Shown: positions 15,575 to 24,748, counted from the first letter of the stretch. The stretch is 43,473 nucleotides of DNA from Eubacteriales bacterium (GCA_045636165.1 JAZTWZ010000110.1:1-43473), one strand, 5' to 3'. Numbers and translations are program-made. Notes: a model not told the origin generated them from the letters alone.

Positions 15575-17031
15575 GCTTCACCTGTTTTCCAATCAAAAAA
15601 GTCATTATATGTGTTTTGCGGAGTAGGTGCTGATTTTTCAAAAAAACCTTGTTGCGTGTACATTGCGGTATTTTTAAACATAATGGGGATAAACGGGAGC
15701 TTCTTGCAGAAACTGCGGTAGAAATCATCGCGCGATTCGTCTCCTGCAAGGTATGCTGAATGCAAAGCAAGAAGCTCGGCATCATAAAATGCGCCGTAGT
15801 TGAGGCTGCCCTGCAAAAGTCGCGTGAGGTCAAAGTCCGCTCCGAGCGCAACCTCGCCGTAGTAGAGGTCAAAATCTCCTCTTGAAAGAGCAGAGGCGTA
15901 TTCGCCAAACGGAAGAGCTCGGACGGTGCAGGGTGCACCAAGTCGCGTGAGCGTTTCGGAAATGCGCTTGCATACGGCAAGTTTTCCCGTGTTTTCTGAG
16001 TTTACTAAAAGCTCAATCGGTTGCTGGGGTGCAAGTTGGATGTTGCTGTCGTAAGTGAGGTTTCCTGCTATTTCCGTCGGGTATGATGACGAGAACGGAT
16101 GCAGAGGTAATGTCGCAGGAGTTCCCATCAAAGCAAAGTCGTTTTTAGCGGCACTTTCGCGGTCTATCGCTTTTGCAATGGCGAGGCGGACTGCCTCGTC
16201 GGCAAAAACTGCCTTTCGCATATTGAAGCCTATATAATGCATACGGGTTGTATGAATATCTGTTATTTCAGATGCGCTTAAAGGGGCGAGAGCGGATGAC
16301 GCGGTCGGGTCGCTTGTGAGGATAGAGACCGTGTGGTTATCAAACTCAAACAAAAGCTCATCCGTACTTGCAACATCAACGAGCGAGATAACTGAATACG
16401 GCGGAATTCTTCCGCTGTGGTGACCTTCTCGCAGTACAAGTGCGGAAAGGTCATCCTTTGGCGCATAAAGACCCGTTCCGATGGGGAGTTTTTCGTCTCT
16501 GGTTCCCTCTTTTATTATGGGAATATCAAGAAGTCGGGGGAATCGCGCGTTGTCGTATTTAAGACGGATGGTTACCGTTCCGTCCTTTTTTGAAGAAGAA
16601 ATGCTCTCTATTATTGAAAGAGTATTTGAATAAAACGATGCAGGCTCCAAGGCTGCGCGGAGAGAATATTCGACATCGCGAGGAGAAAGCGCGCTTCCGT
16701 CGGAGAAGGTAACGCCGCTTTTTAGTTTAAAAACATAAGTCTTGTCCTCGTAGGTATAGCTTTCGCAAAGCTCGGGTCGTGCTGCAAAGTCAGCGGAAAC
16801 CGAAAACAGAGGCTCGGTTATCAGTCGGACAAGCTCTGAGTTTAGCTTGTTCGCGGTAGTGTACGGGTCAGCGCTTTCGCCGGATGCAAATGCAACACCG
16901 AAAACAGAGTTGTTCGGGTGGATTACATTCTCGCCTGCAATTTCTTCATCGAGGTTTTCAATTTCTGCGATGTCGCAGGAAGAAAGGAGAAGAAAAATCG
17001 CGAGAAATGCGGGTATAAGTTTTTTTATCAT
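15571..17031 (-). CDS. ABC transporter substrate-binding lipoprotein, family 5 (peptide/nickel type), orphan
   Basis: 486 aa. The signal peptide MIKKLIPAFLAIFLLLSSC has an LSSC lipobox, and the layout is SBP_bac_5-like. It has 4-nt ATGA overlaps with both neighbours. Confidence 0.8.
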   Translation of the reverse strand: MIKKLIPAFLAIFLLLSSCDIAEIENLDEEIAGENVIHPNNSVFGVAFASGESADPYTTANKLNSELVRLITEPLFSVSADFAARPELCESYTYEDKTYVFKLKSGVTFSDGSALSPRDVEYSLRAALEPASFYSNTLSIIESISSSKKDGTVTIRLKYDNARFPRLLDIPIIKEGTRDEKLPIGTGLYAPKDDLSALVLREGHHSGRIPPYSVISLVDVASTDELLFEFDNHTVSILTSDPTASSALAPLSASEITDIHTTRMHYIGFNMRKAVFADEAVRLAIAKAIDRESAAKNDFALMGTPATLPLHPFSSSYPTEIAGNLTYDSNIQLAPQQPIELLVNSENTGKLAVCKRISETLTRLGAPCTVRALPFGEYASALSRGDFDLYYGEVALGADFDLTRLLQGSLNYGAFYDAELLALHSAYLAGDESRDDFYRSFCKKLPFIPIMFKNTAMYTQQGFFEKSAPTPQNTYNDFFDWKTGEA

Positions 17032-17855
17032 TTTTCATCCCCCCAGAGCATAATTATTGATGCCATCGCACCGCGGATTCCGCCGGTTTGACGATGTGAC
17101 CAGAAAATGTCCGATTTGCAGAAGGTGCATTCATCGGAAAGCGTTATGTTGCTGTCTCTCACTCCACACTCAAGAAGCGACTCAGAACAAAGTCCTGCAA
17201 GGTCTATGTGGAACTTCCCGTTTTTGTGGTCGGTTGTATATTTGGCAGCAACCTCGCCGTAAGATGCCGCCATAGCATCTGCGACATCGGCATGACACTC
17301 AAAGCAGCACTTTCCGATAGAAGGTCCGATTGCGGCGAGGATGTTTTCGGGCTTTGAGCCGAACTCCTCTTTCATTTTCGAAACTGCCGCCGACGGAACT
17401 TTCAGCGCAGTACCGCGCCAGCCTGCGTGGGCTACTCCGCAGACCTCAAGCTTCGGATCGAGAAGAAGAACAGGAACGCAGTCCGCGTGGTAGGTTGCAA
17501 GCGGAAGATTCGGAATGTTTGTTATAACGGCGTCAAACTCGCGCTTATCGGGAAGATAAGCCTCGCCTGCATCACGGAGAGTTGCAACGCACACATCGTT
17601 TTTGTGAACCTGCGTAAAGGCGATGAGTTTTTCGTGCGGAAAAGAAAGACTCTCTCCGAGAATGCGGTAGTTTTCAAGAACTGACGCCCTTTCGTCTCCT
17701 CTTCCGAAGCCGAGGTTCATCGTATCAAGCGGCGGCTTTGAAACTCCGCCCTTTCTGGTAGTAAAAGCGGTAAGGCAAAGCCCCGTTTCGTCAAAAGACG
17801 GAACGGAAAGCGTGAGGGTACCGTTTATTTCGTTGTAGGAAAACCCATGCCTCAT
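17028..17855 (-). CDS. pgeF: peptidoglycan editing factor PgeF / YfiH (DUF152, laccase-domain) family protein
   Basis: 275 aa from ATG 17855, with SD-like GAAGGTG 5 nt upstream. Motifs include FTTRKGGVS, QVHKNDV, ADCVPVLL and HAGWRGT. Confidence 0.85.
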   Translation of the reverse strand: MRHGFSYNEINGTLTLSVPSFDETGLCLTAFTTRKGGVSKPPLDTMNLGFGRGDERASVLENYRILGESLSFPHEKLIAFTQVHKNDVCVATLRDAGEAYLPDKREFDAVITNIPNLPLATYHADCVPVLLLDPKLEVCGVAHAGWRGTALKVPSAAVSKMKEEFGSKPENILAAIGPSIGKCCFECHADVADAMAASYGEVAAKYTTDHKNGKFHIDLAGLCSESLLECGVRDSNITLSDECTFCKSDIFWSHRQTGGIRGAMASIIMLWGDEK

Positions 17856-19730
17856 AAAAACACCTTCGTTCAAGAAAAGCCCCTTGTAGCAAGGGGCTTT
17901 GTTTTTCTGTTGTTTACCTTTTAAAAGCTTCATTCTTGCGCTGTGGTCGAGAAGTCTCTTTCTCATACGAAGCGTCTTCGGAGTAACCTCCAGAAGCTCG
18001 TCGTCAGCGAGAAATTCGAGCATCTGCTCAAGGCTCAAGTTCCTCGGGGGAATGAGGCGGAGAGCATCATCGCTTCCAGATGCGCGCATATTTGTAAGCT
18101 GCTTTTTCTTGCAGACATTAACAACGATATCGTCAGCCTTTGAAGAAACACCGACAATCATTCCTGCATAGACATTGTCACCGGGGGAGACGAACATAGC
18201 TCCGCGGTCCTGAACATTGAATATTCCGTAACCGACCGCTTCGCCCGTCTCATAAGCGATGAGTGAGCCTGTTGCACGGCGCGGAATGTCACCCTTTGAG
18301 GGAGCATAGCCGTGGAAGATTGAGTTTAAGATACCCTCGCCCTTGGTGTCGGTGAGAAATTCGTTTCTGTATCCGAAAAGACCGCGTGCAGGGATGATAA
18401 ATTCGATTCTCATACGGCTTCCGAGCTGAGACATCTTTGTCATTTCGCCTTTTCTTGAACCAAGTTTCTCGATAACTGCACCGACAGATTCCTCGGGAAC
18501 ATCTATAACAAGCTCTTCCATAGGCTCACAGACGACGCCATCAATCTCGCGGAGAAGAACTCGCGGTGTGCTTACCTGGAACTCGTAACCCTCGCGGCGC
18601 ATATTCTCGATGAGAATTGAGAGATGCATCTCGCCGCGCCCCGATACGATAAACGAATCTGAAGAGTCGCTTGCCTGAGTAACCTTAAGCGAAACATCCT
18701 TCAAAAGCTCGCGCTCAAGGCGGTCTTTGATGTTTCGGGTTGTGACGAATTTACCCTCGCGACCTGCAAAGGGAGAGTCGTTGACCGAGAAGGTCATTTC
18801 AACTGTCGGTTCCGAGATTTTGACAAACGGAAGCGGTTCGGGGTTTTCTGTAGTACATATAGTATCACCGATTGTTATTTCGGAAATACCCGAAAGGCAG
18901 ATAATATTTCCTGCGCTTGCCTCCGTAACAGGAACTCGCTCGAGCCCCTCAAACTGATACATAGCAGTAATACGGGCTTTTTTCGGATCACGCTGACCGT
19001 GGTAATCGCAGACGATTACATCCTGATTCTGACGGATAACGCCCGATTCAATTCTGCCGATAGCGATACGGCCGACATAATCATTATAGTCTATCGACGA
19101 AACGAGCATTCTCATCGGCTCATCCTTTTCTGCTTTCGGCGCCGGGATATAGTCGATGATTTTATCAAGAAGCGGACGGAGATCACTTCCTTCCTCAAGC
19201 GGATCTTCGCTTGCAGTACCTGCACGGGCAGAGCAGAAGAGGAACGGCGAATCGAGCTGGTCGTCGCTTGCTTCAAGGTCCATAAAGAGCTCTAAAACCT
19301 CGTCTTCGATTTCGGAAAGTCTTGCGTCAGGACGGTCAATTTTATTTATGGCAATTATAACGCGGTGACCGAGAGAAAGCGCTTTCTGAAGAACGAAACG
19401 CGTCTGCGGCATCGGACCTTCAGCTGCGTCAACAAGGAGAATAACGCCGTCAACCATCTTGAGAACGCGCTCAACCTCGCCACCGAAGTCGGCGTGTCCG
19501 GGAGTGTCGATGACATTGATTTTTATGTCGCGGTAGCGGATAGAGGTGTTTTTTGCGAGAATGGTGATTCCGCGCTCGCGTTCAATATCGTTTGAGTCCA
19601 TAACGCGCTCTGCAACAACCTGATTTTCGCGGAATGTTCCGCTCTGCTTGAGCATCTCGTCAACGAGAGTAGTTTTGCCGTGGTCAACATGCGCGATAAT
19701 TGCAATGTTTCTTATGTTAGGATTAGTCAA
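17856..19730 (-). CDS. typA: translational GTPase TypA/BipA; no in-frame stop before pgeF
   Basis: TTG at 19730 lies 7 nt after AAAGGGG. Motifs include [17 protein letters not shown] (G1), [12 protein letters not shown] and NKIDR. Homology ends around KGKQQKNK (about 17898), but the frame stays open into pgeF. Confidence 0.85.
17871..17897 (-). terminator. terminator-like hairpin located inside the open typA-pgeF reading frame
   Basis: On the minus strand: GCCCCTTG-cta-CAAGGGGC followed by TTTTCTTG. Confidence 0.55.
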
Positions 19731-19755
19731 AGTAAAAGCCCCTTTAGAAAATAGA

Positions 19756-19797
19756 ATAAATAAAAACATAGTGCGCAAAGCTCATGCTCTGCGCACT
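19756..19797 (-). terminator. terminator after secG
   Basis: On the minus strand: AGTGCGCA...TGCGCACT stem followed by ATGTTTTTATTTATT. Confidence 0.55.
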
Positions 19798-19815
19798 CAA
19801 TTTTTGTACCTGTGC

Positions 19816-20052
19816 TTATGCGATGAAGCCGAAGTTGAGCACGAGAGTAACAATAATGAATACTGTCGCAACAACTGCTGTAACCTTCACGAGAAGAGAG
19901 TCAAGGTTGCTTGACTTGTTCTTGGAGAAGAAAGTATCTGCAGCACCGGAAATTGTGCCTGAAAGGCCAGCGCGGCGGCTCTGCTGAAGAAGAACTACAG
20001 CAACAAGAACAACTGCAAGAACGAGCTGAACAATAGCAAATGCAAGTCTCAA
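19816..20052 (-). CDS. secG: preprotein translocase subunit SecG
   Basis: 78 aa from TTG 20052, 6 nt after GGAGGTG. It has two TM helices flanking LLQQSRRAGLSGTISGAAD. The longer track ORF (to 20091) lacks an SD. Confidence 0.8.
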   Translation of the reverse strand: MRLAFAIVQLVLAVVLVAVVLLQQSRRAGLSGTISGAADTFFSKNKSSNLDSLLVKVTAVVATVFIIVTLVLNFGFIA

Positions 20053-20115
20053 AATAAACACCTCCGAAAAATACGCCGTAATATACGGCATTGTTTGGCA
20101 TAATAAGCAAAGTAT

Positions 20116-20144
20116 ATTTTACCACGGCTTGTAAGTTTTTTCAA
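20116..20144 (-). promoter_or_regulatory. secG promoter
   Basis: On the minus strand: TTGAAA (20144-20139), 17-bp spacer, TGgTAAAAT (-10 hexamer at 20121-20116). Confidence 0.5.
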
Positions 20145-20167
20145 CTGTTTTTTGAAAAAACTTACAA
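20129..20167. repeat. 16-bp perfect inverted repeat with a 7-bp spacer (candidate operator)
   Basis: TTGTAAGTTTTTTCAA (20129-20144) and TTGAAAAAACTTACAA (20152-20167). The left arm contains the secG -35 element. Confidence 0.8.
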
Positions 20168-20228
20168 TTTATAAATAAAAACTCGATCAGCCAGGTCCGA
20201 GAACCTGCTTTGGGACAAGAGCGCAACC

Positions 20229-20257
20229 TTGAAAAACAGGCGCGTCTGTGATATATT
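20229..20257 (+). promoter_or_regulatory. promoter for the 1-phosphofructokinase gene
   Basis: TTGAAA (20229-20234), 17-bp spacer, TATATT (20252-20257). Confidence 0.5.
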
Positions 20258-20292
20258 TAAAATGTAAATCAACAGATTCGGGGGATCTCGGA

Positions 20293-21180
20293 ATGATATA
20301 TACAATAACATTAAACCCGTCAATTGACTATCTTATGTATCCGAAAACTTTTTCGGAGGGTGAAATAAACAGAAGCGAGTCTGAAATATCAAACTTTGGC
20401 GGAAAGGGGCTCAATGTCTCCGCTGTGCTTTCTTCTCTCGGAGTCAGAAACACAGCAATCGGGCTTGCAGGCGGCTATTCAGGTCGCGAGATTGTGCGCC
20501 TTGCCGTTCGTGCAGGGATAGAGTGCGACTTCTGCGAAATTGCGGAAGATTCAAGAATAAATGTAAAAATCATATCCGATAAGGAAACGGCAATAAACGG
20601 AAAAGGGCCGTTCATACGGCAGGATGAGGAAGATGAGTTTCTTGGAAAGCTTTCGGAGCTTAAAAGTGATGACACGGTTATCGTTTCGGGAAAGAGTGCC
20701 GAGAGCGAAAGCGGAAACCTTCTTCGCAGTATAATTGATACGGTAGCGCATACGCGCCTGATAGCGGATATGGAGGGGGATGACCTTCTCTATGCAACGG
20801 AAAAAGGCGCATTTCTTATAAAGCCAAACATTGATGAGCTTCTCGCCCTTTTCGGGGAAGAGGATACTTCCGACGAAACTGTTGTCAGATGTGCGAAAAA
20901 GCTCAAAGAGCGCGGAGCGAAAAATGTCCTCGTGTCGCTCGGGGGAGATGGCGCAATTCTTCTCTCCGATGACGGGAAGATTTACCGTATGCGCGCACCA
21001 CAGGTTTCAGTAAAAAGCACGGTCGGTGCAGGAGATTCGTGCCTTGCGGGGTTTGTTGCAGGGTATGATAAGGGACCTGAATTTTCGCTGTCTCTTGCCA
21101 TGGCAGCAGGTGCGGCTACCGCCGCAAGCGAGGGAATAGCTTCTGCTGAGGAAATCTTGAAGGTTTTATCAGAAATGTAA
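20293..21180 (+). CDS. pfkB: 1-phosphofructokinase / PfkB-family sugar-phosphate kinase
   Basis: N-terminus MIYTITLNPSIDY, GGKGLNVS, and C-terminal VGAGDS. Length is 295 aa from ATG 20293. Confidence 0.85.
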   Translation: MIYTITLNPSIDYLMYPKTFSEGEINRSESEISNFGGKGLNVSAVLSSLGVRNTAIGLAGGYSGREIVRLAVRAGIECDFCEIAEDSRINVKIISDKETAINGKGPFIRQDEEDEFLGKLSELKSDDTVIVSGKSAESESGNLLRSIIDTVAHTRLIADMEGDDLLYATEKGAFLIKPNIDELLALFGEEDTSDETVVRCAKKLKERGAKNVLVSLGGDGAILLSDDGKIYRMRAPQVSVKSTVGAGDSCLAGFVAGYDKGPEFSLSLAMAAGAATAASEGIASAEEILKVLSEM

Positions 21181-21228
21181 AACTTTTCTTTGAGATAAAT
21201 TATCTAAAAGTCGAAAGGAGTGTCAGAT

Positions 21229-23283
21229 ATGAAAAGAATTATATCGGTTTTGTTATGTGTAGTGCTTTTGGTTTCGCTTCTCCCGTCTGTATTTGCGACG
21301 GACAGTGAACTCACTTCTCTTGTCAAGTTTGCAAAGGGTGTGCTTCCCGTTACTTCCGAATATACGGAGTTTGAAAGCTCAAAGGGCGAAAATCTCGGCG
21401 AGACGGTGTATTCTCTTATGTGGAGCGTTCCCGACAGCAACAAGAGAATTTACTGCGAAATTCTTTCAAGTGGTGAAATCGTTTCTTATGAGATTTCAAC
21501 AGACGGAAAGAACTCCGATTTTGTCTCTGCATCATTCAGCCATAAAGAATATCTCACCCTTGCAGAAAATTTCATAAAAAAGGTGAACCCGAAATATTCA
21601 AAAGAGCTTGATTTTGACGGTGAAGTTACCGTAAACAGCTATTCGCATCTTGTAAGAGTTTATTTTAACAGAAAAATTTCGGATATCCCCGTATATGGAA
21701 ATCAGGTAAACTTTTCTCTTGATAAAACGACGGGCGAGATTATCAGAATGTATATGAATTTTGATATCTCCGACAAGATTGAAACAACCGAGGGAACGAT
21801 CTCCGAAGAAGTTGCAAAGAAAAAGTTGTTTGAGCTTTTCGCGCCATCGCTTAAATATAAGAAGCTCTATGACGAAAACAGAGCAGTGCTTGTGTATGAG
21901 CCGAAGTCGCGCGGTGATATGATTGCGGCGCGTGACGGTGAGAAGTTTGTCGTTACATACCTTGGTGAAGATGCGCCGATGCTGAAGGATGAAGCAACAG
22001 CAGAGGACTCTATCGCGGGCGGAAGCAACGGCTCTTTAAACCGCGCCGAGATAGAGGCGATTGAGGAAATAGAAAAGCTTCTTTCAAAGGACAGCATTGA
22101 AGCTATTATACATAAGCTCACGGGTACGGTTGTCGCAAGGTACAACCTCCAGTCGCTCCATTATGTGAAGACGGAAAAGGAAGCGGGCGAGAAGATTTAC
22201 CACGCGATTGCAACGCTCAAGGGCGACGGAAATACATACGGTGAGGTAGTTCTCAACGCCGAGACAGGTGAGCTTTTAAGCCTTTATTCGTATGACGGCT
22301 CGCTTTCGTCGGTAAAGAAAAAGACAGACGAAGAAGTGATGAGAAAAACTGCCGAGCGCTTTGCAAAGACCCATGCGCCCGAGCAATATGAAAAAGCGGC
22401 TCTCAGCGAGAATTCGGTTCAGGGCAGATTCGTATTCACCGAGCGCGTGAACGGAATAGAATATGCAGGAAACCAGATTTCCGTATATGTAAATGAGAAA
22501 AACGGAAAGGTAATGAGCTATTCAAAGAACTGGGAAGACGGCATTGAATTTGACTCGGCTGAGAACCTTGTTTCAGAGAGTGATGCTTATGATGCATTTG
22601 TCGGTACGGACGGCCTCGAAAAATACTACATTGCAGACGGGCTTTCAGGCTACGGAACGAGAAAGGCAGAGGAGTTCCGACTTATTTATAAGCTTTCGGA
22701 TGATATCCCTGCATATATTGATGCAAAAACGGGAAAGCCCCTTAACTGGGACCTCAAGGCGTCTGAAAAGGAAGAGGAGTATAAGCTCCAGTCTGACCTC
22801 AAAGGACATTTTGCCGAAAAGGCAGTAGAGAAGCTTTTAAATAACGGAGTAATACTCTCAAAGAAGGAAAAGTTCTCTCCGAATGAGGCAATAAGCAGAC
22901 GCGAAATGGTATATCTTCTCTTTATGTTCGAGCGCGGATATTACATAGAGCCGACGGACGAGGTAATGGACGACCTTATGCGCGAGGCGCAGTCACGCGA
23001 AATAGTGTCGGCTTCAAAAACTCCTGCAACCTCTGTTGCATACCGCGAAGAGGCGGCGAGTGTAATCGTGAACCTTTTCGGATATAAAAGGGCAGCCGCG
23101 ATTCCGGGCATATACAAGACAGGCTTTTCTGATGAAGCGGATATCTCGAAGGCGTATGTCGGCGCAGTCGCAATAGCAAAAGGGCTTGGCATAATAAACT
23201 GTTCAGGAGGAAAGTTCGCTCCGCGCCGTGCCGTAACGCGAGGCGAGTTTGCGGTAATGCTTGCAAACGCCTACGGAAAGTAG
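21229..23283 (+). CDS. secreted cell-surface protein: PepSY-like repeats plus C-terminal SLH domains
   Basis: ATG 21229 lies 8 nt after AAAGGAG, and the signal peptide is MKRIISVLLCVVLLVSLLPSVFA. Motifs of the form tG-E/K-I/V-hydrophobic recur (TTGEIIRMY, ETGELLSLY, KNGKVMSY, KTGKPLNW). SLH-like segments occupy the last 170 aa (GHFAEKAVEKLL..., GFSDEADISKAYVGAVAIA...TRGEFAVMLANAY). Confidence 0.7.
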   Translation: MKRIISVLLCVVLLVSLLPSVFATDSELTSLVKFAKGVLPVTSEYTEFESSKGENLGETVYSLMWSVPDSNKRIYCEILSSGEIVSYEISTDGKNSDFVSASFSHKEYLTLAENFIKKVNPKYSKELDFDGEVTVNSYSHLVRVYFNRKISDIPVYGNQVNFSLDKTTGEIIRMYMNFDISDKIETTEGTISEEVAKKKLFELFAPSLKYKKLYDENRAVLVYEPKSRGDMIAARDGEKFVVTYLGEDAPMLKDEATAEDSIAGGSNGSLNRAEIEAIEEIEKLLSKDSIEAIIHKLTGTVVARYNLQSLHYVKTEKEAGEKIYHAIATLKGDGNTYGEVVLNAETGELLSLYSYDGSLSSVKKKTDEEVMRKTAERFAKTHAPEQYEKAALSENSVQGRFVFTERVNGIEYAGNQISVYVNEKNGKVMSYSKNWEDGIEFDSAENLVSESDAYDAFVGTDGLEKYYIADGLSGYGTRKAEEFRLIYKLSDDIPAYIDAKTGKPLNWDLKASEKEEEYKLQSDLKGHFAEKAVEKLLNNGVILSKKEKFSPNEAISRREMVYLLFMFERGYYIEPTDEVMDDLMREAQSREIVSASKTPATSVAYREEAASVIVNLFGYKRAAAIPGIYKTGFSDEADISKAYVGAVAIAKGLGIINCSGGKFAPRRAVTRGEFAVMLANAYGK

Positions 23284-23292
23284 AAGAAGCGA

Positions 23293-23325
23293 TTTTCTGC
23301 TCCCCGTCTTTCGGGGAGCAGAAAA
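23293..23325 (+). terminator. hairpin after the SLH-protein gene (no clear U-tract)
   Basis: TTTTCTGCTCCCCG-tcttt-CGGGGAGCAGAAAA. The downstream sequence is A-rich rather than T-rich. Confidence 0.45.
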
Positions 23326-23349
23326 CATTAAAAAAATAAAAATAATGGC

Positions 23350-23378
23350 TTGACAAGTGAAATATAGTGTGGTAGAAT
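23350..23378 (+). promoter_or_regulatory. promoter of the tRNA cluster
   Basis: TTGACA (23350-23355), 17-bp spacer, TGgTAGAAT (23370-23378). Confidence 0.65.
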
Positions 23379-23393
23379 GTATAAGCTAAATGT

Positions 23394-23467
<74 letters not shown>

Positions 23468-23496
23468 TTTTTTTTGCGCATAAAAGGTTTTGATGT

Positions 23497-23573
<77 letters not shown>

Positions 23574-23610
23574 GTCCTTTTTTGACAGCAGAGCTTCAAA
23601 GTTTGTTTAT

Positions 23611-23688
23611 GGTGGGTATAGCTCAGTTGGTTAGAGTACCAGATTGTGGCTCTGGGGGTCGCCGGTTCGAATCCGGCTACCCACCCCA
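23611..23688 (+). tRNA. tRNA-His (anticodon GTG) with encoded G-1, CCA encoded
   Basis: An extra 5' G precedes acceptor GTGGGTA/TACCCAC. The anticodon loop is TTGTGGC. Confidence 0.9.
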
Positions 23689-23708
23689 TTTCCATCTTGG
23701 AATCCCGT

Positions 23709-23784
23709 TGGGATGTAGCCAAGTCGGTAAGGCACCAGACTTTGACTCTGGCATTCGTAGGTTCGAGTCCTGCCATCCCAGCCA
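23709..23784 (+). tRNA. tRNA-Gln (anticodon TTG), CCA encoded
   Basis: Acceptor TGGGATG/CATCCCA, anticodon stem CCAGA/TCTGG, loop CTTTGAC. Confidence 0.9.
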
Positions 23785-23788
23785 ATAC

Positions 23789-23861
23789 GATCCACTAGCT
23801 CAGTAGGTAGAGCACCGCCCTTTTAACGCGGGTGTCCGGAGTTCGAGCCTCCGGTGGATCA
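23789..23861 (+). tRNA. tRNA-Lys (anticodon TTT), CCA not encoded
   Basis: Acceptor GATCCAC/GTGGATC, T-arm CGGAG-TTCGAGC-CTCCG, anticodon loop CTTTTAA. There is a C31-C39 mismatch, and TCA follows the discriminator A. Confidence 0.8.
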
Positions 23862-23863
23862 TC

Positions 23864-23901
23864 AAAATCGACAAGATTCTGATCAGAATCTTTTCGATTT
23901 T
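23864..23901 (+). terminator. terminator after the tRNA cluster
   Basis: Long hairpin AAAATCGAcAAGATTCTGA / TCAGAATCTTtTCGATTTT with a T-rich 3' side. Confidence 0.75.
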
Positions 23902-23929
23902 ACTTAATAAACAGCGGAGGTTGTAAAAT

Positions 23930-24706
23930 ATGAAAGCACTTATAACCGGTGCAAGCTCGGGCTTTGGTCGCGATATGGCAAAAATCTTATCGGAAATGGG
24001 CTATGACATCATAGCTGTTGCAAGGCGCGAGGATAAACTTCTTAAGCTTCAGGAAGAACTTTCGACAAACGTTGAAATTATCTGCTGTGATGTTTCCGAC
24101 GAAGATGCGTGCATTGCGCTTTCAGAGCGTGCGGAGGATGCTGATATCTTTATAAACAATGCAGGTTTCGGAGTGTTCGGTGAACTCTGCGAAACCGAGC
24201 TTTCTGATGAGCTTTCCATGATAGAAACAAATGTCCGCGCGGTACATATTCTCACAAAGCTTGTCGCGAAGAAATTTAAGGCGCGAGGATACGGACACAT
24301 CCTCAATGTCGCATCCCTTGCTGCATTCTTCCCGGGTCCGCTTTTCGGTGCATATTATGCGACAAAGGCGTATGTTCTCCGTCTGTCGCAGGCGCTTTCT
24401 GAAGAACTCCGCCGCGATAAAAGTAAGGTTAAAATCAGCGTTCTGTGTCCGGGACCTGCACATACCGGCTTTGCCGATGTTGCAAAGGTGAACTTCGGAA
24501 CGGGAAAAGAAAAAATCGGGAAATTCGTAGTGCTTGAAAGTCGTGATGTCGCAGAGTATGCGATACGGCAGATGTTCAAAGGAAAAGAGGTCATAATTCC
24601 GGGAGCGATAATGAAAATTGCGGTATTTATGCGTCATCTTCTCTCCGATAAGCTTCTCGCCCGTGCAGTGTATCTCGTTCAGAGCAAGAAAATGAAGATA
24701 AAGTAA
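23930..24706 (+). CDS. SDR-family short-chain dehydrogenase/reductase
   Basis: TGASSGFG cofactor motif, NNAG, and catalytic YYATKAY (YxxxK). Length is 258 aa. Confidence 0.88.
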   Translation: MKALITGASSGFGRDMAKILSEMGYDIIAVARREDKLLKLQEELSTNVEIICCDVSDEDACIALSERAEDADIFINNAGFGVFGELCETELSDELSMIETNVRAVHILTKLVAKKFKARGYGHILNVASLAAFFPGPLFGAYYATKAYVLRLSQALSEELRRDKSKVKISVLCPGPAHTGFADVAKVNFGTGKEKIGKFVVLESRDVAEYAIRQMFKGKEVIIPGAIMKIAVFMRHLLSDKLLARAVYLVQSKKMKIK

Positions 24707-24737
24707 AAAGAAAGTCGCTTTGCGACTTTCTTTTTTA
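24706..24737 (+). terminator. rho-independent terminator after the SDR gene
   Basis: AAAAAGAAAGTCGC-tt-GCGACTTTCTTTTT followed by T. Confidence 0.8.
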
Positions 24738-24748
24738 TAACTTAAAAA

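Noticed and set aside
19731-19778. N-terminal extension MRTMFLFILFSKGAFT on the TypA ORF
   Set aside because: It has no SD and would run through the secG terminator T-tract. TTG 19730 has a well-spaced AAAGGGG and gives the normal distance to the G1 motif.
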